A DNA stretch of 49,177 nt. It comes from a virus (taxonomy: Duplodnaviria > Caudoviricetes). Below the pieces are notes generated by a model. It was given only the letters and a program-made list of their open reading frames with translations, searched no databases and was not told the origin of the DNA. This document shows, in pieces, positions 29,101-39,500 of this stretch (within the stretch, counting starts at the first letter, position 1; every line of letters begins with the position of its first letter). The translations under genes and the position numbers were made by a program. Location: positions 1 through 49,177 of the IMG/VR virus record IMGVR_UViG_3300047669_000035, one strand, 5' to 3'.

Positions 29101-29437
29101 TTTAGAAAAATACGGCAATGAAGCATTTATGAAATTAAGAGAAATGGTTTTACAAACTGTTGCTCCTGATTCTCAAACACAAGGATTGATAGCAGGTGTA
29201 GGTAATGGCGGAATGGATGACGACATTAATGGCACTATAGGAAATAAACAAGAAATAGCTGTATCACAAGATGAGTTTATAGTTCCTGCTGATGTAGTAT
29301 CTATGTTAGGTGATGGCAGTTCAGATGCTGGCTCTAAACAACTTTATGACATGATGGATAGAGTTAGACAAGAAAAAACAGGAACTACTAAACAAGCACC
29401 TAAATTAGCTAATGCTGGAGGAATGTTGCCTGCATGA
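26195..29437 (+). CDS. Putative ejection protein with N-terminal LysM and Pro-Thr linker
   Basis: [23 protein letters not shown] LysM; (PT)n linker; G/A-rich hydrophobic middle; C-terminal [12 protein letters not shown] domain. Confidence 0.8.
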   Translation: MKYKIKSGDTLSQIALNNNTTVAAIAKANNIKNVDFIRTGNTIEIPSAKKEKKKSSFIERVDQSDPFFIQQKDGSFVSTAPKPKPKPTPTPTPTPTPTPTPTPTPTPTPTPTPTPTPTPTPTPTPKKEESNEFYTGKLPLAVRQLADDTKYDIFRNFLPKKTADKLSKKLFGEEENISKKDFSKEEFEVLRNIIRQNILQNKFSVDYDDYRNFGAKGTSTIKDNPFELLNNPSRSLQYTFGQGNINVDDKGDVYFTDQFNFNDAKMAENPQQYYGNAWDDEGFLQMDYSSGLKGLLSNQFKKIRNYKTRVGRGEGEGALTNLFIGNIKDFQNPINESYATRKSGGVTNFNQGGQMNINDQVQNIASKGRYGDTMLMHVNPQEVRGLAQAMPLTVNPETGQPEAFLPFLAPLLGSWLGSSLLTGAGAAATVGGAGALGGLIGTSGLTAAAASGIGAGLAQTAVTGDIKEGLKAGLTAGMMGRIMEGAGAAQAGADASQLATEATTGIDTAKLLQTPEFVAEGTGAKAILPLQPGTTAPPAALNTAGQVQLANMAPNNAAYIAQKGAKDAADFALNPLTGKPVSFMDSGRAAFSQGPMQGFSNIGTAAMSDPLALGTLGTTGMMYGSDMMQAQQAEAYEQYLAEREEEERQNELMNPEPILYSANGGLTQFDNNINEMYGPMQPMANGGQTKFFPGGMSFADVGPDDITGGELPQIFAPERTPYAVNPDFMPGFSPETMYFNPATVSAPASRLGANAVPTVEDTYTGSKGGYGGTQVSIAPQTSINPFEAYTGVAPEGLVYSQPAPLPITPEPPLTTPVVVEPDPIVTEPEGEFDISNINIPNIGNINIPSFGGMSVLDQINLYGLNNDTPNLDLLSNSNFLPNLDLLPDNNLDIGGSNFVPNLNFLPDNNFLPDNNLGFADFKPQDFNVSMSRAEGGPTNIEEMQNDPLTKEVALYLLGQSNDEKSLNLFLEKYGNEAFMKLREMVLQTVAPDSQTQGLIAGVGNGGMDDDINGTIGNKQEIAVSQDEFIVPADVVSMLGDGSSDAGSKQLYDMMDRVRQEKTGTTKQAPKLANAGGMLPA
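26435..26569 (+). repeat. 6-bp tandem repeat encoding (PK)3 then about 19 PT units
   Basis: CCTAAA x3 followed by mixed CCTACG/CCAACA units. Confidence 0.95.
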
Positions 29438-29901
29438 ATCAAATAGCTGTAAAGCCAGAAAGTAATATTCAAATATCGGCAGTTTTACCAGCAGATATTT
29501 TTTTAATTTGGAAACACATTGATAAATTTTTAGAGCGTTCATGTAAAAGATCAAATGGCAGACATACTATTAATACTATTTATAAACAATTAATAGATAA
29601 TCATGCACATTTATGGGTGGTTTACGATACAGAAAAAGATTTAATTAAAGGCTGTGTTGTTACAAATTTTGTAAACTATCCTACAGGATTAAAAATGTTA
29701 AATATCTTGCAATTAGCTGGAAAAAATATGGAAGATTGGATGCAAATAGGTAAACCAATTTTATTTGATTGGGCTAACAAAAATAATTGTAATGGAGTAG
29801 AAGCTGTAGGTAGAGAAGGAATGAGTAATTGGCTTACTGATGAAGATACAAATTGGAAAAAAAATAATTTACTTTTTGAAATGCAATTTAATCAACAATG
29901 A
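29434..29901 (+). CDS. GNAT-fold protein (putative)
   Basis: LWVVYD..GCVVT..LAGKNMEDW..WANKNNCNGVEAVGREG pattern. Confidence 0.55.
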   Translation: MNQIAVKPESNIQISAVLPADIFLIWKHIDKFLERSCKRSNGRHTINTIYKQLIDNHAHLWVVYDTEKDLIKGCVVTNFVNYPTGLKMLNILQLAGKNMEDWMQIGKPILFDWANKNNCNGVEAVGREGMSNWLTDEDTNWKKNNLLFEMQFNQQ

Positions 29902-30305
29902 ATTTAATACAAGCAGACATTAATAAACATTGGGAAGATGTAAAACATGGTTTGTATTCTATTAAAGAAGAAACTTATGAAGCAGAAAATGCAAAAGATA
30001 TTTATGATTCATGTAAAAACAAAACTGCAACATTGTGGCTTGATAAAGATATACAACCTAAAGATGGATTTTTAATTACACAAGTATTAAATAAAAACTT
30101 TTCTAATGAAAGATATTTATTATTATGGGTTGCTTGGTATAAAGAAGAATCTGGTGCAGAAAAATTTCAGAAGCAAATAGAACAAATAGCAAAGAAATTT
30201 GGTTGCAAAAGCATTGAATTTTGGACAAATAAAAAAGAAATTCGTGATTATGGAATTGCACATGGTTACAATAAAATAACTTATAAATGTATGAAGGAGA
30301 TATAA
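29898..30305 (+). CDS. Second GNAT-fold protein (putative)
   Basis: GFLIT..LLLWVAW..IEQIAKKFGCKSIEFWT..HGY pattern. Confidence 0.55.
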   Translation: MNLIQADINKHWEDVKHGLYSIKEETYEAENAKDIYDSCKNKTATLWLDKDIQPKDGFLITQVLNKNFSNERYLLLWVAWYKEESGAEKFQKQIEQIAKKFGCKSIEFWTNKKEIRDYGIAHGYNKITYKCMKEI

Positions 30306-30306
30306 T

Positions 30307-31893
30307 ATGGGTGGAGGCGGAGGCGGAAGCCAACCAACAGAAACTACTGTAACAAATACTGATTTACCAAAATACGTTGCACCGTATTTTAAACGGCTAT
30401 TACAAAGAGGTGAAGCTGAAAGTATACAACCATATCAACCATATGGCGGTCAAAGATTATCGTATTTTTCACCTGATGAATTAACTAGTCAGGCAATGAC
30501 TAGAGGTTTTGCTACGTCTGGAACACCTCAACAATTCACAGATGCTGCTAATAGATATGGAACTACAGCAGGAACAACGTCAGGTTATACGGGGGGTACA
30601 TTTGATTCAGGTTATACAGCAGGACAAACAGGACCAACTTATCAAGCTGGTCAAGTAGGACCAACTTATCAAGCTGGTCAATACTCACCACAATATCAAG
30701 CAGGTCAATTTAATCCAGGATATCAAGCTAGAGATATAACATCTGGTTACAATCCCACTATAAGACAATCTGGTTATCAAGCTGGACAGATGGGTGGAGA
30801 ATATACGCCTTTAGGATATGAAGCAAATTTACAAAGATTTATGTCTCCGTATCAACAAAATGTAACAGATATAGGTAAGCGTGAAGCAATTAGACAATCT
30901 AATATTATGGGCAAAGGCATAGGAGATGCAGCCACAGCACAAGGTAGTTTAGGAGGATATAGAGAAGCAATACAACAAGCAGAAAGAGAACGTAATTTAG
31001 GACAACAACTGGGTGATATACAAACTAGAGGAAGCCAAGCTGCATTTGAATCAGCACAACAACAACTTGAAAGAGAAAGAGCTGGTGGATTGGGTGCTGC
31101 ACAATTAGGACTGCAACGATTTGGAGCACAAGAAGGAGCTAAACAAACGCAAGAACAATTATCTCAAGCTGCTTTTCAACAATCTGAACAATCAAGACAA
31201 CAAAAAGAACAATTTAGTCAAGCTGCATATAATGCAGGAGAATCAGCCAGACAAAGAGCTGCTGAATTAGGATTAAGTGCTCAACAACAAGAAGAAGCTG
31301 CTCAACAAGCACAAGAGAAGTTTAGTCAATCTGGATTCCAAATGAGCCAACAAGCCTTACAAGCTCAAGGAGCACAAGGATTAGATGCTTACAGGGCACA
31401 ACAATCTGCAATGCAAGCACAAGGGGCACAAAGCTTACAAGCTTTTCAAGCTGGTGAACAAGCTAAACAACAAGCAGCAAAACTTGGATTGTCCGCAGCA
31501 CAACAACAAGAAGCAGCAAAACAAGCTCAAGAGAAATACAGTCAAAGTGCTTATGATCTATCTAATCGTTATAACTTAGCAGCAGCTCAAGGACTAATGG
31601 GTGCAGGTAGAGACATTAATCAAGACGCTGTTTCTAGAATATCTGCTTTACAAGGAATTGGTTCTCAACAACGTGCATTGAGTCAAGCTAGTATGGATAT
31701 GGGTTATGAAGATTTCTTACGACAACAAAATTATGCTAATCAAAAACTTGGAACTTTTGGCAATTTATTGAGAGGTGTTCCAGTACAACCGCAACAACAA
31801 ATTAGCACTTATCAACGACAACCTGGATTATTTCAACAAACTGTAGGTGCTGGATTAGGTGGTTTAGGTTTATACAGAGGAATGGGAGGATAA
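30307..31893 (+). CDS. DNA ejection / pilot protein (putative)
   Basis: MGGGGGG N-terminus, FMSPYQQNV motif, Q/A-rich helical repeats, G-rich hydrophobic C-terminus. Confidence 0.7.
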   Translation: MGGGGGGSQPTETTVTNTDLPKYVAPYFKRLLQRGEAESIQPYQPYGGQRLSYFSPDELTSQAMTRGFATSGTPQQFTDAANRYGTTAGTTSGYTGGTFDSGYTAGQTGPTYQAGQVGPTYQAGQYSPQYQAGQFNPGYQARDITSGYNPTIRQSGYQAGQMGGEYTPLGYEANLQRFMSPYQQNVTDIGKREAIRQSNIMGKGIGDAATAQGSLGGYREAIQQAERERNLGQQLGDIQTRGSQAAFESAQQQLERERAGGLGAAQLGLQRFGAQEGAKQTQEQLSQAAFQQSEQSRQQKEQFSQAAYNAGESARQRAAELGLSAQQQEEAAQQAQEKFSQSGFQMSQQALQAQGAQGLDAYRAQQSAMQAQGAQSLQAFQAGEQAKQQAAKLGLSAAQQQEAAKQAQEKYSQSAYDLSNRYNLAAAQGLMGAGRDINQDAVSRISALQGIGSQQRALSQASMDMGYEDFLRQQNYANQKLGTFGNLLRGVPVQPQQQISTYQRQPGLFQQTVGAGLGGLGLYRGMGG

Positions 31894-31894
31894 T

Positions 31895-33505
31895 ATGAAT
31901 TTAGTACAATTAGCTAACGATTTAGAATATGTGCCTAAAGAACAACTAGCACAGATGTCACAAGACCCTAACTCTAACTACCCTCCTTATCTAGTATTGT
32001 CTGAAATACAAAGACGTACTGCTAATGAAAAAGCTTATGCAGCAGCACAATCTCAACCTACTAGTACAGTAGCTGAAGAAGTTGTTGGTGAGTTTATGCA
32101 ACCACAAGGAATGCAAGCAGGTATGCCTCCTGAGTCAGCTCCAACTGATGTTTTCTCTTCAGGAATGAGTGGTATGCCTGCCTCTGCTCCTATGCAACAG
32201 CCTATGCAGATGGCATCTGGTGGTTCAACAAGTTATTTTGAAGGCGGTCCAACCAATTTAACCGACCAACAATATTATAGTGGTGGGTTAAGAGACTTTA
32301 ATAACAGATTAAGAAACCAATCCAGAATAGATGCAGCACAAACATCAGCACAAACAGCAGTTACAGAAGGTTTAGACGCAGCAGGTCAACCATTAATGTC
32401 ATCACAACTAGTAAATCAAAATCTAGAACCCGATGAAATGGAAATGGAAATGGGTATGGCTAGTGGCGGATTAACTAGTTATGCAACAGGTAATAGAACA
32501 TCATTAGAAAGATCATTTTTATCTTCATTAGGTGAAGATATAATGAATATGCCTAAAGCATTACAAGATAGATATACTGATGAAGGAGAAGGTATAGGTA
32601 GTTTAGATTATAGTAATATTATATCTGACGCATCTTGGTTAATACCTGGTGGATTTTTAGCTACAGGTTCAATTAAAGGTTTAGCAAAATTATATCAATC
32701 GGGTGCATTAGGAAAAAGTGCAAATTTTCTTGGTAGACAAGGACAAAGACTTTATTCAAGCAAAATAAAACCTGGACCTGTAGTAACTAGTAAAGCAGGA
32801 AAAAGATTTGTATTCAATAGTACACAAGGAAAAGCAATTTTAGCTGGCAAAAATCCACCTAAAATTCTAAGTAGAGATTTTTCACCTTTAAAAGTAGGAG
32901 CTTTAGGATTAGCAGCATCTCCTTTAATTAATTTTGCTTTAGATGATACATATATTCCTGATAACACAAATACAGATACCGAACTATCACAAGCAGACAA
33001 AGATTTTAATAAACAAATGCAAGCTAACATTTTAGCTAATCAACAAGCACAACTAGATCAAAATGCTCTTGACCAAAAAAAGGCTAATAGAATGTTTAGT
33101 CCTACTGATTTAATACAATTAGGCGGAACTGTAATGGGTGCTAGAGACATGAGTGAACTTGGTCAAGGTATAGCTAGTGTTGCTGGTCTTTCTGCACAAA
33201 GAAAAGTTAATGAAAAACAAGCAGGATTACAAGCAAGATATCTACAAGCACAAACAGAAAAAATAGAAGCCGATATAGCTTCTATGCCATTGAAAGATGC
33301 TTTAGCTTCTCTTAAACAAATAAATCTAACTTTAAAAGGTCTTAATGAAGGAGCAGGCGATGCTACAGAAGAACAAATAGCACAACTTGAAATGCAAAGA
33401 CAATTTTTACAGCAAAGAATATCAAAACAACAAGGCTATGACCCTAGTATGATTGCTGGTAATAATAAAAATGTAATAGATTCATACTTTCCTAACGCAA
33501 CTTAA
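31895..33505 (+). CDS. DNA ejection / internal virion protein (putative)
   Basis: Q/M/P-rich N-terminus, two MASGG motifs, position in the ejection cluster. Confidence 0.65.
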   Translation: MNLVQLANDLEYVPKEQLAQMSQDPNSNYPPYLVLSEIQRRTANEKAYAAAQSQPTSTVAEEVVGEFMQPQGMQAGMPPESAPTDVFSSGMSGMPASAPMQQPMQMASGGSTSYFEGGPTNLTDQQYYSGGLRDFNNRLRNQSRIDAAQTSAQTAVTEGLDAAGQPLMSSQLVNQNLEPDEMEMEMGMASGGLTSYATGNRTSLERSFLSSLGEDIMNMPKALQDRYTDEGEGIGSLDYSNIISDASWLIPGGFLATGSIKGLAKLYQSGALGKSANFLGRQGQRLYSSKIKPGPVVTSKAGKRFVFNSTQGKAILAGKNPPKILSRDFSPLKVGALGLAASPLINFALDDTYIPDNTNTDTELSQADKDFNKQMQANILANQQAQLDQNALDQKKANRMFSPTDLIQLGGTVMGARDMSELGQGIASVAGLSAQRKVNEKQAGLQARYLQAQTEKIEADIASMPLKDALASLKQINLTLKGLNEGAGDATEEQIAQLEMQRQFLQQRISKQQGYDPSMIAGNNKNVIDSYFPNAT

Positions 33506-33506
33506 T

Positions 33507-36500
33507 ATGCAAAAAGTTAGTCTTCCTGACGGAAGAACATTAAATATACCTAATGACTTAGACCCTGCTAAAAGGGATGAGTTAGCTAATGCAGTTAAAG
33601 CTGAATACAACATAGACATTAACGAAGCTTCATTTGGTGAGTGGTTAGTTGACAAACCTATATCCGTAGCCAGAGGTTTATCACAAATGATACCTACAGG
33701 TGTAAAAGGTATTGCAGGATTAGTTGCAGGTAGTGATAGTGATATAGTTAAAAACTTATCTGATTATCAAAATTATATAGCAACAGAATCTGCTTTTTCA
33801 TCTAACCCTAAATTTAGAGGTACGTTTGGAACTAAATTAGCTGAAGGAGCTGGTTCTTTAATAGGTTTTGGTGGTGCTGCATTTGCAGGCAGAAAGCTTG
33901 CAGCTAAAGGAATTGTAAGTGATAAGGTTGGTCGTTTTGGAGTTCCAGGTGCTTTTGCTGTTCCTATGGGAATGGGTGAACAAGTAAGTTTACTTGAAGA
34001 GTCCAGAGCATTAGGAGAAGAGCCAAATGCAATAGCTGAAAAGTTAGCCATACTTACTGGTGGTGTTATAGGCATGAGTGAATTAGCACCTATAGAAAGA
34101 TTGTTTAGAGGCATTCCTAAAAACGCATTAAAGAATCCAACAATACAAGAACTACTTACAACTAGATTAAAATCAGCAGCAGCTACAGGTACTGCTGAAG
34201 CATTCCAAGAAGCAGGTGCTGGTATAGCACAAGATTTAACAGCAGTTGGTTTATATAGTGATGAGTTGCCTATAGGTGATAGTGCATTAGAAGAATTTAC
34301 TATTGGTGGTATTTTGGGTGCAAGTGCTGATTTACTTATCAATAGTATTGGCAATAGAAGAAGCATTAGTAGCCAAAGATTAAAAGATGCAGAATCTAAA
34401 GCCAGAGAAAATAGAACAAGTTTACAATCAGAAGATAAATTTGATAGGGCACAAGGTCAAGAAACTGTAGAAGAATTTCAACAACCTATAATAAAAGAAA
34501 AACCTGATATACCTGTACCCCCTATTGTAGATGTAGCACCTCCCGATTTAGGAGTTATACAAAATCCAAACGGACAATTTTCTGTAATTGATTACAACAA
34601 TACTGAACAACCTATTGTTAGTTCACATGCAGAAGAAATAGACGCTTTATTAGCTAAAAATAAAGCTCAAACTAATTACGAAAGAAAAGTTTTACAAGTA
34701 CAAGTAGATAATGATGCTTACATAATAGGTATGCCAGATAGCGATTCTGCTAAAACATTAGGCAGAACTATACTTGACCCTAATCTAAGTCAAATAAATT
34801 TATCAACTCTCATAGGGTATGACTCAACTTTATCTGAAGACTTCAAAAAAGAATTAAATGAAGAAAAATCAGCAACATATCCAGGCAAACCATTCAGGCA
34901 AATACTTGAAAATAAAAGAGCAAAATTAGAAAAAACCAGTAAATATTTAGAATCAAAAGGGTTGGAACTAAAAAGTAGTTTTTCAATGCCTGAAATAAAA
35001 AAGGTACTTAATAAAAAAGATTACAACGATTTATTAACAAGCTTTGCTAATCATGCTTTTGCTGAATCTGAAAAAGCAGGTGAACCTTCCATTAGAGCAG
35101 ATGTAGATCAAGTAGATGTAACGATTAAAAATATAAAAGCCATTGCTGATGCCAAGAATATTGAATTAGATTTTAATGACCCAGCAGTACGTTATGCTGC
35201 ACAACAATGGACAGGCTTTGAAGATATACCTAAGACTAGAAACAGAGGAGCGAAAGAACTTTTCTTAGCTAGAATACATTCTCTTCCCGCTTTTAACACA
35301 AAAACTAAGTTTCCTGATTTTAGACCTAGAACCTATACAGGTGTAGACATGGCTAACTTTGTAGCTTCTGCACAAAACATAGAATTTTCTAAAAAAGATT
35401 TAATAGAAGTTGGACCTGAATCAATCAGAAATAATCAAGAGTCAACAGACCAATTCTTCAATGACCTTATTGATAGCGGTAGAGCTGTAAAAGTAGAAGG
35501 TAAAAATAAATATAAAATTACTGATGACTTTGAATACACAGTTGCTAGAAGACAAGAAGGTTTTGGAGAAACTCCTGACCAATTTGGTAGCAGATTAAAA
35601 GCAGATCAAGCAACAGGTAAAAATAAACTTTCAGATGAAGCTATAGAAAATTTAATTAGATCAGAAGAAGTAAGACAAGAAAAAGTATTACCACCTAAGC
35701 AATTAGAAGCTAAGTTAATGAACTTCAAAGAAACTGTTGAAGAAGGTCGTACTAATAAATTTGCTAGAGAATTAAAAAACAAATTAAACAAAGCAGGATT
35801 AGGAGATGTTGGAATTGTTGTTAGCAATGATATTTTATCCACAACTACTTTAGCAGAAACAGGTAGTGGCGAAATAATATTTGACCCTAGGGTTACTAGA
35901 GAAACTACAACAGAAGGTGCGGTAGAAGGCGAATACGATAGAGATACAGATATAATTTTCCTATCTTTAAATGCTATTAATCCTGACGGCACAGCTACTG
36001 ACGAACAAATACTACAAAGATTAGACAGAGTAATGGATCACGAAATGATTCATGCGTTCAGAGCAAAAGATTTAATTACAGAAAAAGAATATCAATACCT
36101 TCGTAATCAAGTTAAAAGTAGAAAAGTTTCTAAAGAATATGATGAGTCTAGTAAAGGAGAAACATTCTATACAAGAAGTAAAAGAATAAATGCACAAAGA
36201 GCTGCTGAAGCTACATCAAGAGGAGCGGGTAAAGAAGTAATAGAAGAACTTTATGTAGAAGAAGCCATAGCTGAAATGTACAGAGCTAGAGAGTTTAAAG
36301 ATATAACTCCTAAAGCAGAAACCATTCTTGAAAAAATAGTAGAGTTCTTTAAATCTATGGGAACAGCTATGCGTGTTTCTGGATATGCAGACTCTTCTGA
36401 AATATTTGCAGACATTGAATCTGGCAAAGTTGGTGCTAGACAAAGAGGTGAAATAAGAACTTTACGAGAGCTAGATAGAATATCAATGGCTAGAGAACAA

Positions 36501-39500
36501 GGCATGCTTGGAGGATTAGACGCTCCTCCTTCTGCTGTGCCTGAAGAACCTGAAACGAAAATAGATACTTCTGATACACAGGATATTGAAGAAGAATTTG
36601 GGAAAGGTGTTTTGATTACTCCAACTACATCTTTTAATGATGTTGAATCTGATACAAACCCCATTACTGGAGTATCACTTACTTTAGGTGCATTACAAAG
36701 AAGTGGAGGTTATAACAAATGGGAACTAACACCTGAAGAATATGCAGCAGATAGAAAATTAATTTTAGATAGATTTTATAAAACAACAGGTCGTAAAGTA
36801 ACTGCTAAATCAAAATTTGATCAAATTGAAAATACTAGCAGTTTAGAAGTATTAGAATGGTTATCTAAAAATGGACCAACACAAGATTATAGAGTTATTG
36901 CTAATAGATTATTAGTACAACAAAAAAAATTAAAAAGAATAAATGGTATAAATACTTATTTCGCAATAGTACGAGATGGAAGTCAAAGATTTATAGGTAA
37001 GGGTCTAGATTATAGTAGTTGGGTTGGTGTTTCTTATCGTCCTTTCAATCCAGGTGGCTTATATGCTGCTTATGGTAATGACAAATCAGTACAACAAGTT
37101 TATCTGTCAGATACTGCAGGAACTGAAACTTCACCTGGAAACAATGGTGTTAGTTTTGATACTATGTTGCATGAATTGGTACATCAAACTACTCAAGCAG
37201 CCACAAATTTTTACGAAGGCTCAAGAGCAACTAAAGAATCTCGACAACTTACAAAGGATTTAGAAGAGGTTAGAAGAATATTAATAGAAGAAATAGAAAA
37301 AATAACAGGTACAACTGGTGGTCAAAATGATTATGGCTACAAAAATGATGATGCTGCTCTTAAATTACGAGATAAATATGGGGATGGAGGAGTAAAAATA
37401 GTTTATGCAGCAGCTAATATACAAGAAACTTTAGCAGTTGGATTTACTAATAGATATGCTCAAGATTTTATGGATAGCATTCCATATAAAGGAACTAAGA
37501 AAACTTTATGGGATAAGTTTACTGAATCAATAAGAAAACTGTTAAGTCTACCTGCAAAAACAGATAGTTTATTTTCTGAGTTTTTAAGAATTAGTGGAAA
37601 ACTTACTAAACTAACAAATACACAATTAGAAGAACTCAAAAAATCTCCTATTCTATCATCTGATGTTGGTCCGCCTTTAGTTTCACCTGCATTTTCTAGG
37701 CAAAGTTTACAATCAGAACTTAGTAGTCTACAAACACAATTATATGATGCTGAAAGTTTAGAAAATGCTGACAGAAGAGATGCTGGCACAATAAAAGGAA
37801 ATCGTAATGCTAAAAAAGTTCAAGATATAAGGAATAGAATAGCAGATGTTAAACGACAAATAGCACAACCTGTAGACCCAGAACAATTACCTTTATTTTC
37901 TAGGGCATCTACTTCTACAGAACCTGCTTTTATGGATTTTACTAGACAAGCAATGAATAGATACGCTTCTTTTGAAGAGACTAGAGTTACAACTAGCGAT
38001 GGTACATCTATTGAAATACCAAGTAGATTTATAACTCGTATGTCTCCCGAAGATTTTCTTAATTTAACTACTGATAATAAAACAATGCTTTTTGATATAA
38101 GCAAAATGGCTGGCTATAGATTAAAGAAATTTGACCCTGAATTAGCAGTTGAACCTATTTTTTTAATTATAGATGATTCTGGAAATGTAATAAGCCATGA
38201 AGGTAGACATAGATCATCTCTTTTAATGCAAGAGGGAGCTGAAACTATACCTGTTTATATAGATGCTAAAGCAGCAGCCGATACATTTAGTAAAAATAAT
38301 TATGGTTTAAATATAAATGATGTGCCTGAATCTTTATCAGCATATGGAATAAATCAACTTCAAAATCAACAGTCAGAAGATATGTTCGATGAACCACTAC
38401 CAATAATTGTTAATTTATCAGACAAAAATATTGCACCACTTATAAGAGGTTATTCACCTAAATATCCAACACAGAAAAAAGAATATTTAGATAGAGCTGT
38501 AGAAATTGTTTCTCAAGAAGATGGAATAATAAAAGACATTCCTTTATTTTCTAGGTCGCAAAGATTCACAGGAGAAGCTAATACATCTGAAAAGATAGCA
38601 TTACAAAAAGCCACAGAAACAGTCGAGGAGTTCACTAGAAAAACACCTAGAGGGGAAGTTCCTCTTTATAACTTAAACGCTTCTGACGTAGCTTTAAAGG
38701 CTGCCTATGACTATATTAATGACCCTAGTGCCCCTACGATAGATGAGTTGCCTAATTACTCTAGGATAGAGAAAGAAATACCTGAAGACCTACAAGGAGT
38801 TGTTAATAGAGGTGGGTACGTTCCTGCTAGAAGACCTTGGTACGATAGATTTATAGATGAAGTTAAAGACCCCAGAACTAATATTAGAAAGTTCTTTAAA
38901 GACACCAGACAAAACTACATTGATAAATTAGATAAAGTAGAGAAAAAAATACTTCAAGGTAGTGAAGAATTTGAAGAAGTAAGATTGGCTAATAACTCAG
39001 CAGATACTGCTGCTATAGCTGCATTAAGACAAGCAGATAAAGCCAGAGGTATATTTCAAGGTATGTTAACCAGAGGGTTTGCTGTTGATACCATTGAAGG
39101 AGAAGCTGCTTGGACTTCTACACAAGAATTAGAAATAAATACTGTACACAATCCTTTTATAGAAGGAAATACTGGTACTGGTGGATTGTTACAAATAACT
39201 GCTCCTTTATATTCAGACCCTACGATAGATTTGGAAGGTATATTTGGAACATACGCTAAATTAAAAAGAGTACAACAATTTCAAGCAGAAGGTCGACAAG
39301 TCGAATCACCATTTACACAACAAGATTTAGAGTTTATAAATAATATTGAAGCTAATTATCCTGTTGTTGTTGAAGTTTATAACAACTATCAAAAATGGAA
39401 CAATAAATTAGTTGATTTTGCACAAGCTAAAGGCTTATTAAATGAAGAACAAGCTGATGAGTGGAGAGCTAAATCTACTTATTATCCTTTTTATAGAGAT

